Origin: Chrysomallon squamiferum
Taxonomy: Eukaryota; Animalia; Mollusca
Reading direction: 5' to 3'
DNA length: 64,000 nucleotides
Assembly: GCA_012295275.1 (NCBI GenBank)
Contig: CM022665.1
Span: 42,904,001-42,968,000 of the forward strand
Below the pieces are notes generated by a model. That model saw nothing but the letters and a program-made list of their open reading frames with translations. It did not search any database and was not told where the DNA came from. The position numbers and the translations under genes were made by a program. This document shows, piece after piece, positions 1 through 55,130 of this stretch; the stretch's first letter is position 1; every line of letters starts with the position of its first letter.

Positions 1-400
1 ATTAATTATTTTATCTACAATGACAAATATATACTCATCACATACTAATTGTTGTTAATAAATTTTCTGTCATCAGCAACATTAATATATACACCCACAA
101 TGTCATTTTAAGAAAAGGTTTTCAATTAATTTAATAAAATAAAAAAATATACATATACTTTAGAGATAAATATGAAACTCTTTTGAAGAAAGCTAATTTC
201 TATTTATTTTTCTAGTTAAGACTGAAAAAAAGTTTGAAATTTAAAAAAATAAAATTAAAATTAAAAAATCAAGAATAATGAAAATCAGTATTTGGTTTCA
301 TGTTAATATTATAATTTTAATTATGGGGTATTTGTATTCTTATTTTTTTTTTACATTATATTTACATTTCATTGTTTGTGTAGCATAATAATTAGAAACA

Positions 401-402
<2 letters not shown>

Positions 403-444
<42 letters not shown>
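403..444. repeat. (GT)n microsatellite
   Basis: Perfect dinucleotide run. Confidence 0.95.
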
Positions 445-445
<1 letters not shown>

Positions 446-668
446 CATCATTGTTCGTATCAATATTAAATAATTTCAGAATTATAACCTTTTTATAAAA
501 AATAAAATAAAGCAATGAAATAAATAAATTGAAAAAAAAAAAATTAAAAAAATAATAATAAAAAACAAATTAAAAAAAAGTATTATAAAAAAACAACATA
601 AAAGAAAACAAAATCATCATTTTTCACAGTAAGAACCATTAAGAGAAAAAGAACACTGTAGAATTTAC

Positions 669-719
669 TTGGTGGTGTTAAACTCCACCTTCTGTAACAT
701 CCACTATCTGGTTCCAGTT
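669..719 (-). CDS. Candidate next exon of the PDZ gene (KLEPDSGCYRRWSLTPP)
   Basis: 51-nt open phase 1-1 segment in an island of unique sequence, flanked by ttttctaaag| and |gtaaat; matches the phase-1 end of exon 3338-3395. No homology support. Confidence 0.35.
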
Positions 720-777
720 CTTTAGAAAATTACTGTGCACACATACACAAGTGAAAAAAACCATATCAAAAGACCTT

Positions 778-820
<43 letters not shown>

Positions 821-1749
821 ATAAATAAAAACATTGTTTAACATAATACATAAAAACAGAATCCTATTAGAAATAAATCTACATAATAAAGTAAATTATT
901 TTAAATAATAAAGATAAATCAGTTGTGAGTATGTGTACATGTGTGTGTGTCATTTCTTGTAAACAGGAGGTCACATACCACATTCTTTGATAAACCAGTT
1001 ATGGAGGTTAGGAATAAACGTGATTCAGCAGTTCACCTAGCCTACAGTCTTAAGATAAAAGGAACTTTAAAAAGCAAGTTAATGTTTCATTTTGAAACAT
1101 CCAGAAAGGTAACCTGTACAAAGGATGTTTATCCAAGCATATAATTAGCTTCTTGTAAGTTTTCCTAACCTAAGCTACGTTTCAGTAGACTGTGTGTTAA
1201 TATTACATAACAAAACATGTACCAAGTTATTACACAGCTGGCTGTCAGATTCGAGTTATATTACACCTGAAGAAAAAAAAAACAATTCAGTAAGTAATAA
1301 GGCAATGAGAATGAATATTTGAGTTTTTCATCAAAATAATGCACCTTTTCCTCATTATTTAATTTTAAAAAATTTTATTTTTTATTTTTACTATTATTAT
1401 TATGTTCTTTTTTTTTTTTTTATTAAATTAAATAATGATTTTGTGTTCTTTATAATGAAATTTCAGGTTGATTATTTGATGGATAGTTTGGCAGTGAATG
1501 TAAAAGGACAAACTTCATTCTCATAGCCCTGAGGTGCAGAACATGTAAATGTTTATCTGACAGATTAAAGGAAGTTTTGCTGCTTGTTTCATTGTTCTTC
1601 GAATCTTTAAGGACAGAGATGTATGCTCCTTCAAATTTGAGACAGCAGGCAGAATGTACTTGAATTTCAAATACAACACAAAGAGATGATTAACAAGATA
1701 GTTTTAAAAATATATATATATGTTATTATGTACATATGTACATATGTAT

Positions 1750-1975
1750 GTATTTTAAGTATGTATGTGTGTATTTATGCATGTATGTACATTACTATAT
1801 ATGTATTTATGCATGTATGTACATTACTATATATGTATATATGTATGTATGTATTTATGTATTTATGTATTTATGCATGTATGTACATTACTATATATGT
1901 ATTTATGCATGTATGTACATTACTATATATGTATATATGTATGTATGTATTTATGTATTTATGCATGTAAGTTAC
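1750..1975. repeat. ~32-bp minisatellite (ATGTATTTATGCATGTATGTACATTACTATAT), approximate ends
   Basis: Four near-identical units with (TATG)n spacers. Confidence 0.85.
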
Positions 1976-3337
1976 TATGTATGTATATCTGTGTGCAAAC
2001 ATATTCCATATATACAATTACATACAACCTTTTTCTTTGCTTTTTAATTATTCTATAATCACTGATTTTATTAATTGTAATGTCATAAATGAATGATAAT
2101 GAATATCACTGACAGCTGTCATGTAGATGTGTAAATGTATCAATATCAGTAATTGTGTAAGGAAAAGGAAAAACAAACAGTTGATAGTGTAAACTGAAAT
2201 TTTCAATGGGGAAATAAATGACATCATCTGACATAATGAAAGGCAAAGATACATTTTAATAACAGCAGAAATAATGTTTGTAGCTGTAATGATAGTACAA
2301 GTAGTATTTGTAATTATAATAATAGAAATAGTATTTGAAGTTGTAAAAATAGTAGCAATAGTATTTATGGTTGTAGAAAATATTTGTAGTAGCTGTAGAA
2401 ATAGTATTTGATTTGTAATAGTAGTGGAAATAGTATTTGTATTTATAATAGTAGCAGAAATGGTATTTGTATTCATAATGGTAGCTTAACAGCATTTGTA
2501 ACTATGATAATAGTAGAAATAGCATTTGCAGTTGTAATATTAATATAATATTATTTGTAGTTGTAACAGTAGTAGAAATATATTTGGCAGTAATAGCTGT
2601 AATAAAATATGTAATATTAGAAGCAGCAGTATAAATAAAAGTGGTAGTAGTAGTTGTAGGAGTAAAAACAGCTGCAGTAGTAAAATTTATAACACACAGC
2701 AAATTCTACTCTCAGAAAAATGATTGTCCCAGACTATCAAAAGACCCCTACAAAATAACTGTGTGTGCTTTAAACATTATTTTTTTTCACATAGCTAAAT
2801 TAATATTGAAGTTATTTTTAGAAAATAATACAAAATGACACCATCACAAAATACTTCTCAACAAAGCAAAGAATAGAAATGTGTGCAATTTAGAGTGTTT
2901 TGAACATTATTCTTTTCGCCACAAATAAATTAATATTAAAATTATAAAACATGAGTCCCACAGAAAAATTACTGCATCACACAAATATTTAGTCAACAAA
3001 ACAAAAAAGTCCTATTTATTTCACAGGTAAATTAATATAAAAATCATAAAACATGATCGCCACAAAAAAGTTTAAAAAAAAATATATAAATAAATAAATA
3101 AAAATGTTGTCACTGTCAAAAGCAATAATAAAATAAACATACATGTTTCGAACATTTTTTTTTTTTTTTTCCACAGAAGTAAATTAATGTAAAATTACAA
3201 AACTATGACACCCCCCCCTCAGAAAAATGGCTGCATCAGAGACTAGCTGTCAACAAAAGACAAAACGTCCCACGAAATCTGCGTATATAATATATAAATC
3301 GGTGTCAAGAGTTAACAGGTAAAAGTCAGGTACTTAC

Positions 3338-25416
<22,079 letters not shown>

Positions 25417-25419
<3 letters not shown>

Positions 25420-26073
25420 TTGTATTATGAAAACTGCCACTAAAACCAACAATCAGGAATGCAAGTTGTCATGGAAACACATTATCAATATAATCCTGTA
25501 TCCATGGAATTTATAAAATTAACAGAATTGAACTATCTGTATGATTATCCATCCTATCCTCACAGTTTTCTTCCATCTTGGTTCTAGAATGTCCTCAAAA
25601 ACCTGAAATCCTCATATCTCAGATACATTCAAGGCTGTGGGTACTTTTGTGTCAGTATCCTAATATCCTGGAGTTTTTTGGTATCCTTGCACTCTTCAGA
25701 TCCATGAAATTGTTTTCAGGTTTAAAAAAAATCCTTGTCTCTTTATATTCTCATTGATGGTACTTTTCTTTTGTTGTATCCTAGTATCCTTATATATCCT
25801 TCAGTGTTCTTGAATTACAACTCCTTGTGTAATGACTTGTATCCTTGTTATGTATGTTCTAGAGCTCTTGTATCCTTACTTCTGTTTTATCTTCTGTTTC
25901 TTGATATATGTGGTGTTTTGTATCTTCTCACTTTACCGGTTTGTTGTATTGTTGTCTGACCTTTTGTTATCAGTTTGTTCTAACATCCTCTTTTTGCAGA
26001 TGATCACAGGCAGGTAGTCACAGCTGTTACCTGTGTAATACAGGTGTGAAGTGAATCACATCGCTACATTTAC
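25417..26073 (-). other. Probable 5'UTR exon of the PDZ gene ending in the start codon (ATG|gtaagt)
   Basis: ttttgattttgcag| acceptor at 26074 and a perfect donor after ATG at 25417-25419; all three frames carry stops just upstream of the donor. Confidence 0.5.
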
Positions 26074-28289
26074 CTGCAAAATCAAAACACAAAAGGTACA
26101 GAGTTCAGATTTACCTGGATTAGGTAATTACATCTTTGATGTTAAGAATAGATCAGTTTTTGCAACTGTAACCTTGTTGTTGTTGTGTGAAGAGTAAACA
26201 GTCTCTGTGTGGGTTGTGGATGGTATGGGGGGGGGACAGTGTGTATCGTTTCAGAATGGGATGGGTTGTGTGAATGTGTGTATGTGTGTATGTGTAATTG
26301 TGTACATGTGAAATTGTGTATATGTGTGTTTATGTGTGTGAGTGTGAGTGTGACTGTTTAGGATTGTGTGTGTATCTGTGTGTGTATTTGCCATTTATAG
26401 TTAACTGACTACTTTCCATTTTTCTCTAGCTTAGTTATAATTTCAAACACACACACACACACACATGCACACACACACACACATGCACACTCATACACAG
26501 ACACACATAATCTCTCTCGTACACACAGACACAAACTCTCACACACATTTACCCACAATCACCACACCCACCCACCATCACAAAAAAACGAACACCCCAG
26601 ACAAACACACCCTTCCGACACACAATAACAAAAATAAAATTGACTCAGTAAACAGCACAATTACCTTTCAGTGCGACAGCTTGATACCTGAGCAAGATTA
26701 TCTCTAACTTGTATTGTTGAAATTATTCAACATCAACTGCAGTAAACAGACAGTAACACGAAGATAAACAAACAAACGCCTTGAACTACACACACATATA
26801 CTAAGGTTACCTGTAGTTTATTTATCTTTCTCACATGATGAAATCATAAGAGGGAGGGTTGGTCAGTGAGCGAGGTCAGATCAAAGAAAGATCAAAACAA
26901 AATTTGTTTTACAGTGTATTAACCCTGTCTCAAAAGGAAAATAAAAAAAATAATAGATTGTTTTGTCCGTTTGTTATTGTGTAATTCATTAGCATAATTA
27001 TTTAATATACATTTATCTATAAATTATGCAGCACATCTGTTTCTTTAATCCTCTTATGAACAATGTGCAAACAGACACACTGAAACTGTACCTCCACAGA
27101 ATCTATTAAAGCAATACAATCATACCATCTAAACCCAACATATAAAATACAGCAATTTCTTAAAGCAAAATCAAATCATCATATAAACCAAGCAACTGAT
27201 TAAAACAATGCCTTCTTACCTTCCAAATTCAACAGTTCATTGTACCAGTACAATAACAGACATCAAATCTTGCACTTCATTTTGGTAGTACCTTAACAGA
27301 TCTCAAATTCTGCACTTCATTTCAGCAATACCATAAAAGACATCAAATCCTGGCACTTAATTTTGGTAGTACCTTAACATAGGTCAAATCCTTCACTTCA
27401 TTATAGCTATACCACCAAACATGTTGAACACAGCACTTTGTTATAACAAAATTCTCCACTTCATTAACAGTGATACCATATCGTTCATTCTCTGCTGTTC
27501 ATCACAGTGATATTGCCACAGCTGTCTAAAATCTGTCCTACCACTTCAATCCAGAACTAACTGTCAACAGCATTACGAGAGACACTTGTGTTTAGAACTG
27601 TCTGTATAATACTAAAAAAAAACACAAATCCTCCTGTTACAGTGAAGCATTAAAAACTGGAAATGCTGTCCTCTTGTTCACCAACACTGGACCAAAAAAT
27701 AAAGAAATAAAAATAAAAATAATTATCATCATGTTACCTGGCCCTTTCAAAGCAATAAACAGGTTAATTAGTTGTTTCATGTTTACCTAGCCTGGACACT
27801 GGCGATAAAAACAAGGGGTGTAAATGTTTATAAATACCCAGCTTAGCAGGGTGAAATGTATCCGAGTTTTACCTGGTTAACTAATAAACCATGACTGTTC
27901 CAGTGTGTGTTTCTGTTGTACAGGTGATACCATCAGGTGTGCCATCTTTAACAGTTTGACAAACTAAATAGTTCTTGTTTGTTTATATAACAAACAGAAT
28001 GCGTATCAACACTCTCAACACAGTTTTGTATATTGTCTCGTTATCAAAGCAAATCCACTAATGCAAAAGGTTTAAAGGCGTTTTGTGAATTTCAAGATGA
28101 CAGTTTTGTTTTTGTATGACCAACCTTTGCTGATAATTAAGTAAGGCAAAACCGTGTGTGCTGAAATTAGTTGACGTTTCCCTTTTTCTTTTATTTTCTC
28201 TGTGCTTAAGTATATCCTATCTTCAAGAAAAATGTAAAAAAATTTATAAATGCATGTGTGTATGTATGTATAGATGTATGTGTGTTTAT

Positions 28290-28333
<44 letters not shown>

Positions 28334-28563
28334 AACACAATATATATATATATTATAATAATAAACAAAGGATCAGACTATCAAGGATGAAAGGAGTAAA
28401 TAAATAAGACTGAGTAAGTGAGTAAAATACTGATTAAATCCAGTTAGATATAAAATAACTTTTAGAATACCACATGTTATATTGCATATGTGTTTGTGTA
28501 TCTTAAACATTTTAGGTCAATTCTGAGTAAGGGTGTAATAATATAAAACACACACACACAGAG

Positions 28564-28604
<41 letters not shown>

Positions 28605-30028
28605 CATACAAGCATATATACACATATATAAATATATACATACACACACACATATATATCCTAACAACAAAAATACATAAACATACCTCTTCAAAATTAC
28701 TCTTTTTCTATCCCACAAACAGAACTAAACATCCATTCACTTACAAAACTGTTATTAACATACAATACTAAGAACCCTTCTCCATCCACAAATTAAAACT
28801 ACTAAATAATACTGAAACACTGAGCTAATAAAAACATATGCAACCAAAAATATTTACATTATTCTGACAAGAGAGAGAAGACAGAGAGAGAGAGAAAAAA
28901 AAGAATTGTATTTGAAAACATTTGTTTTAAAATGATAAATAATAAAATGAAATGTGACAGCTGCAAGTTGTGTTAAACATTAACATCCACATTATCATCC
29001 ACCTACACTACACATATTTGTGTCATTAGTAAGTACTGCACACCAGTGTAATAAAATATGTTTATTTACATGTAAACATAACCATCAACATTTTGTTGCA
29101 TGTGTGGAATATGAGAATAAGTATGTTGTAGTGTTTGTTGTTGTTTGTGGGTATTTGCATGTATGTGTAAATGTAAGTTTGTATTGTATTGTATGTGTTG
29201 TTTGGGTGTGTTTTTGTATGTTATTACAGGCATGTATAAATGTGAGTATGTATGTATGTATATTTGTATGTGTATGTTTGTCTGTATGTGTACATGCATG
29301 TATATGTGCATATGTGTGTGCGTGCATGTGTTCATGTGTAAGTGTATTTAGAGAATCTAACAAGCTATAATGAACTAAAGATTATCTGTCTTTAGTGAAT
29401 TCATGTCTGTCTTGTCTGCATAATGTTTATGCTATCACTGAGTACAGAAAACACAAAAATTCATCTGAACAAAAAAAGAAAGAAGAAAACAACATACACA
29501 CATACATATGCACATAAGTAGGACATACATATAAATACACACACATACACACACATACATATACATATACATATACACATACACACACAACCAAACAGAC
29601 ACATTTACATGAACACACAACCCAACACACACACATTTACACACACACACACACACACTACCCAACATACACATTCATACACACACACACCAAACACACA
29701 CATTTGCCACCAAACAACACACATATACAGACTGAGTTCAGCTGTTACAGATATTGATTGTGTTGTAACCAGTGCTATGATGAACCCTGTAACAGGTAAC
29801 AATGTTTACAAGGCTGGTGTACATGTTTCCCTGTCTGTAACAATCTGTATAAAAGATCCCTTGCTACCGATCAATACGCGAATTTCATGGTATGGTATCA
29901 ACTGATTGCATGACATAATTATTACCTACAAAGCTTATGTTTATTTAATAAAGGAACAATTTGATGTATTACGCTAAACGTACCTTATAAAATCGTGGCG
30001 TTTTTTTTTTGGGTTGTAGTTGTTGTTT

Positions 30029-30062
<34 letters not shown>

Positions 30063-30334
30063 TACTACTTATTACTTATAACTTGTTTGATGTAACAATA
30101 ATGCCTTTTAATTTAAAATCGATAATAAAACGAATAAGAAGTTATATAAAAAACATCTTCTTTATTTTCTCAACGCTCAAAAGTTAAAAATTAAAGTGAA
30201 AAGGAAAAAGAAAGAATCAAAGATTCGTTCTGCAATAAACAATAAATGACATTGAGTAAAAAAATATTTGATTATTTAAGAATATAAAATAACAGTCTAA
30301 AAAAAATATTTTTTAAAACTTTAAAAGTGTTTAC

Positions 30335-30440
30335 CTTTCTAAACAAACTGCGAGGTATCCATTTTTTCTCTGTTATAAACGGAAGTGACGATCGGTAGTA
30401 GAACAGTTCCCGTGCAAAAAGTGCGGATTCGAAAAAGAGG
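30335..30440 (-). promoter_or_regulatory. Candidate distal promoter / first exon of the PDZ gene with ETS-CRE composite CGGAAGTGACG
   Basis: CGGAAGTGACG at 30380-30390 in a CpG-rich patch; minus-strand donor aaag|gtaaac at 30335; a second donor ataag|gtacgt at 29984. Confidence 0.45.
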
Positions 30441-31117
30441 TTCATTTCATTTAACAATTACAACATGAATAACGACATGTCTGTTTCAGAACAGGTCGTA
30501 AAACTGAAATAAATAAATAAATTTAAAAAAAGTACGTACATGATTTATTTATTTATTTATTACGTTTAACACAGGTATCATAAGGTAGCGGGTCAGTTAA
30601 GCTCTATCTGAAGTGTTCAGGCAACTTACATTGTTAAGTCAGTTTGCCCGAATGAAAAATAAATCGGGAACATGTTCGCAAAGCAAAATATTTGTATTTT
30701 TTATTTCTATAAACTGTCTGGAAAGTCAATTTCACTGAACTCTTTAACCAAAGTATCCGCATACATCCTTCAGTAAACAGAAAATAATAAGAAAATAAAA
30801 TAAAATAAAATAAAGTGTTTATTGTTAAACATGATGATTATACCAGGAGACATTATGATTAATAAATGGACATGTTCGAATTATTTTAGAATTTTTTTGG
30901 GGGGGTTTGAGCTATTTTTTAATGTCTAAACTTACAGTCAGCGACAGTTTACTAACAGAGATGAATTCGGGAAAAAGAAAATAAAACGAAAAATGAAGAA
31001 GAAGAATAAGAGAACGAAAGAGAACAGCGAATCGTCGACATATTCTCACAAAATAACAAAAAAATAAATAATAACAATGATAACAACAACAGCAACAACA
31101 ACAACAACAACAATAAC

Positions 31118-31150
<33 letters not shown>

Positions 31151-31317
31151 CTGACAAAAAACAATTTAAAAAAAAAGAAAAAATGGCCGAACACACCCAT
31201 AGTTGTTTAATTACATATTATCACTCAGGGAGTGGCTAACAAGATAACACAGATTCTCCAGACACAACATATGTATACATACAGCCTTCTATTGCTGTTA
31301 ATGTCCTCATCGTCTTC

Positions 31318-31370
<53 letters not shown>

Positions 31371-32479
31371 CGCCGTTGTCGTTGTTGACGTATTTTAAGG
31401 ATTGGTCACGAAGATAATAACGCTGATTCAACAGACCTGACGATGGCGCAACCTACATGTAATAATGCTGATAAGACAACCTTTTAATGCTGTCGTCGTT
31501 GTTGATGTCGTCATCTTTCTTGTTTTTTTATTATTATTGTTGTTATTATTATTGCTACTGTGTTTATAACTATTATCAACATTATTATTTCTGTTGTTGT
31601 TCTTGTCGTCGTTGTTATTATCGTTATTTCAGTTTTTATTATCATTTTCATCATTATCGCTGTTGTTATTGTTATCATCATCATCATCATCATCGTCGCT
31701 GTTATCATAGTCATTATTTTTACGTTGTCGTTGTTGATTTTGTTAGTACTGTTGTCTTTACTGTTACTGTTGTTGTTGTTATTAAGCTTGTAGTAATAAA
31801 TTTGGGCCTCGAAATGATTAGACACGGGACTCTCATTACCTAATTAACTACGACCTCGATTTCATTTATACAGAGCCAACGAACGGAAGGACAAACATTT
31901 TTTTAACAGAAGAATGGGATACATATAAAAATGAATTAGATAAGATTTATTTACTTATTTGTGAACGTGAGTTTAAATATCCATATCATTAAAATAGTCA
32001 CAGAAAACTGATAACCCCATGACTCCAAAATATGACAAACTTACATTGATATATCTTTGTCTTTCTCAGATCAGCAACTAAAAACCTTTATCTTCTTATC
32101 TATATAAAATTCTGCTTTTTAATGGATAAAGGGCGGATCTGGGAAGGTCTTTCAGGGGAGGTTATCGTTTTGCTGAGGTAAATGGGGTAAAAATCGACAC
32201 GCTTAATTCCAGAATCAGAAGATCTTTTTTTAAGTCCATGATAGAGATTCAGACTGTTGAGTATGTTTTCAGATTTGGAATAACAAAAAGTCTACGAAAA
32301 ACACACAAGAAACGAACGTCAGTCCCAATGTAGGGAGTGTCCTTGACGCCCCTGTAGCTGGGGCTGGTTCCGCTGCCCCAGACTGTGGAAACTCGTCATG
32401 TGTTCTGTGTGTAGGCTTCGTTCGTTCGGAATCCACTTAAACAGTTCCCCAGGACTGGCGGAGAGAGACGAAGGGGAAA

Positions 32480-52550
<20,071 letters not shown>

Positions 52551-52591
52551 ATACTGTGCATGTGAATAGATGTAATTTGTAAACATCTGTA

Positions 52592-52597
52592 AATAAA
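52592..52597 (+). terminator. Polyadenylation signal of the VWA gene
   Basis: AATAAA about 40 nt after the stop, followed by a T/GT-rich tract (tttgttttgtttt, ~52627). Confidence 0.65.
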
Positions 52598-53070
52598 AAT
52601 TTATTTAAAATCTGAAACACTTTATCTTTGTTTTGTTTTACTTCCCAACACATCCGTTTGTTAATTTATAACGAAGAAAGAGAGAAAGAAACAGAGATCG
52701 AAAGAAAGAAAGGAAGATAAAGTATTTTAAAGTTGATCTACTGGTTCCATGATTGAAGTGGGAGTTTCTGTTTGAGCTGATCTATTTAAATAAATTCATC
52801 GAACCTGGCGTTATAACTGCCAAAGACAAGGCTTGAGAATAATGAGACATGCGTGAAGTGAAAAATGGATTGGTCATATATTATTATTACATTGAAAAAA
52901 AAAAGAAAAAAAAAAAAAAAAAAAAAAAAAACTAACAAAATATAATAAAAAAAAATAATAAATAAAAAAAAAAAAAATAAAAAAATTAAATTAAATTAAA
53001 TTAAAATAAATACATAAAGAAATAAAATAAAATAAAAATAACTGAATGATAAATGAATGCATGAATAATA

Positions 53071-53101
<31 letters not shown>

Positions 53102-53120
53102 TATAATAATAATAAATAGA

Positions 53121-53151
<31 letters not shown>

Positions 53152-53951
53152 AAATATAAATATAAATATAAATATAAACTGACAAACAAATGAAAATGCT
53201 TTATTTACACACATTCACCACATTTTGAATCCAAGGCTACATATTATTAAGTATCATACAAATTTAATTAAAAAAAGTGAACTCACGACTGTAATAAATG
53301 GGCTACTTTTTAAAAAATGTATTTATTTATTTATTTATTTATTATTATTATTTTATTTTATATTTATTTATCTTTTAATTTTTTAATTTTATTAATAGCA
53401 AAGGATATGTACCATCCCATACACAGAAAAATACATACAACTGTCTTTGTTAAATGTATCGCATGATACTCGCTGGGACGTGAAATAACTTGATGGGCTC
53501 TCAGAAGCAGATGATTAATTTTCGATATGTCACACTCTAGTCAGACTGAGCCTCAGACAGCCCGTCAAATATTAACAATAGGAGACAAATAATGTATAAA
53601 GGTGAATTCAGAACAAGAGTAGTGAAAGCTGACAGGGAAAGACAAAGTATTGTCTCCAGGCCTAGTTATACGTACACTGACGTAATTTCCCATTCTTGCA
53701 TAACGTTTACGTATGCTTACAACATATTTATGCATACACACGCTACATGTTTTAATATAACCAACATATATCAACTACTGTGTGAATCTATGGTGTTCAG
53801 ACTCACGTATAATATTGATCAAGTGTACGCCAATAATTTTATACAAATTTTATATATACATATACATATATATATATATGTATGTATATATACACACATA
53901 TATATTTACACACACACACATACAAACAAGTTTAATTCCTTTTAGACATGA

Positions 53952-53982
<31 letters not shown>

Positions 53983-54587
53983 GCACGCACACACATAAGT
54001 GAAATTACCTACACACATGCAGATATTCAAATATGCATATAAACAATTGATTTTATGTAAATACAATTACGTTAAAAGTAAACAGATAAATAAGAAAGAA
54101 ATCTAGAGAACTCTATAGAGGGATATAACAGCTAACTTGTATGACAATAAGTGCCAAAATAATGGAAATCAGGTTTTGTAAGGTGTAAATGCTAAATGAG
54201 AAATGCAAACTGTAATTCAAGAGAGATATAAGAGCGAAGGCGTGGGATACAAGAGATTATTCGTGCTAATGTAGGAGATATCAATATTAAGTAAGAAGCT
54301 AGAAGTAACAATACGGGCGATATTAACAGGGACGTGATGAAATACAGGAAATATTATCACAGCCACTTAAGGTGGAATAAGAGACAAATACAGGGTGTTA
54401 AGACTAATTCAGGAGAAATATCTGCAATCTAATCCAAAGGGTGTAAGAATCAATTCAGGGGGTTAGAAGATCTAATTCAAGGGGTGTGAATCAAAAATCG
54501 GGAAGATTTAAAATCTGTGTAGAAGATAATTTTGGAGAATTAAAAGTTAATTCAGGGTACAATATAATAGATGATTCAGACAGTGTC

Positions 54588-54842
54588 AGAGCTTATTCAG
54601 GGAAGGGGATGCAGAACTTTAAGTCTTAATTCATGGTGTATAGCAGGACTAATTTAGAAGTTATCAAAACTATAAGAAAACTGTGTACTATTATCTTTAT
54701 AATGGATAATTCGGATGGTAAAAGAGCTTATTCAGGGGAAGGGGATGCAGAACTTTAAGTCTTAATTCATGGTGTATAACAGCTATAGGACTAATTTAGA
54801 AGTTATAAAAACTTTAAGAAAAGCTGTGTACTATTATCTTTA
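54588..54842. repeat. ~135-bp direct duplication upstream of the C16orf89 homolog
   Basis: agagcttattcagggg.aggggatgcagaactttaagtcttaattcatggtgtata...ctgtgtactattatcttta occurs twice. Confidence 0.88.
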
Positions 54843-54989
54843 CTGTGTATCTAGTAACACCATCGTACACACACAACAACGCATTCTGAAATATCTGCCC
54901 AGACTGGCGTGCTTCAACCTGTGGTGCACATCAACACATTCTGTACAGTTAATTATTGATTCTAAGGTTCAGAGTTACTGTGGTTCATT

Positions 54990-55130
54990 GTCAGGGTACA
55001 TAAAAAGAGAAGAAACACGCCCACAGTGAAAACGGTGCTCCGGGATTTCGTGCGCTCCACGTGAGAATGCAACCAACTGACAGCTGCGCTCAAGGGACAT
55101 AACTCAGGTGGTCGGTGCCAAAGATGGCGA
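54990..55130 (+). promoter_or_regulatory. CpG-rich proximal promoter / 5'UTR of the C16orf89 homolog
   Basis: CpG-rich patch, E-box CACGTG at ~55058, YY1-type AAGATGGCG overlapping the ATG. Confidence 0.45.

Noticed and set aside
1113-1266. Minus-strand exon after the strong acceptor ttttttcttcag at 1267
   Set aside because: Stop within three codons in the required phase; could be UTR or an alternative end, but is unsupported as CDS.
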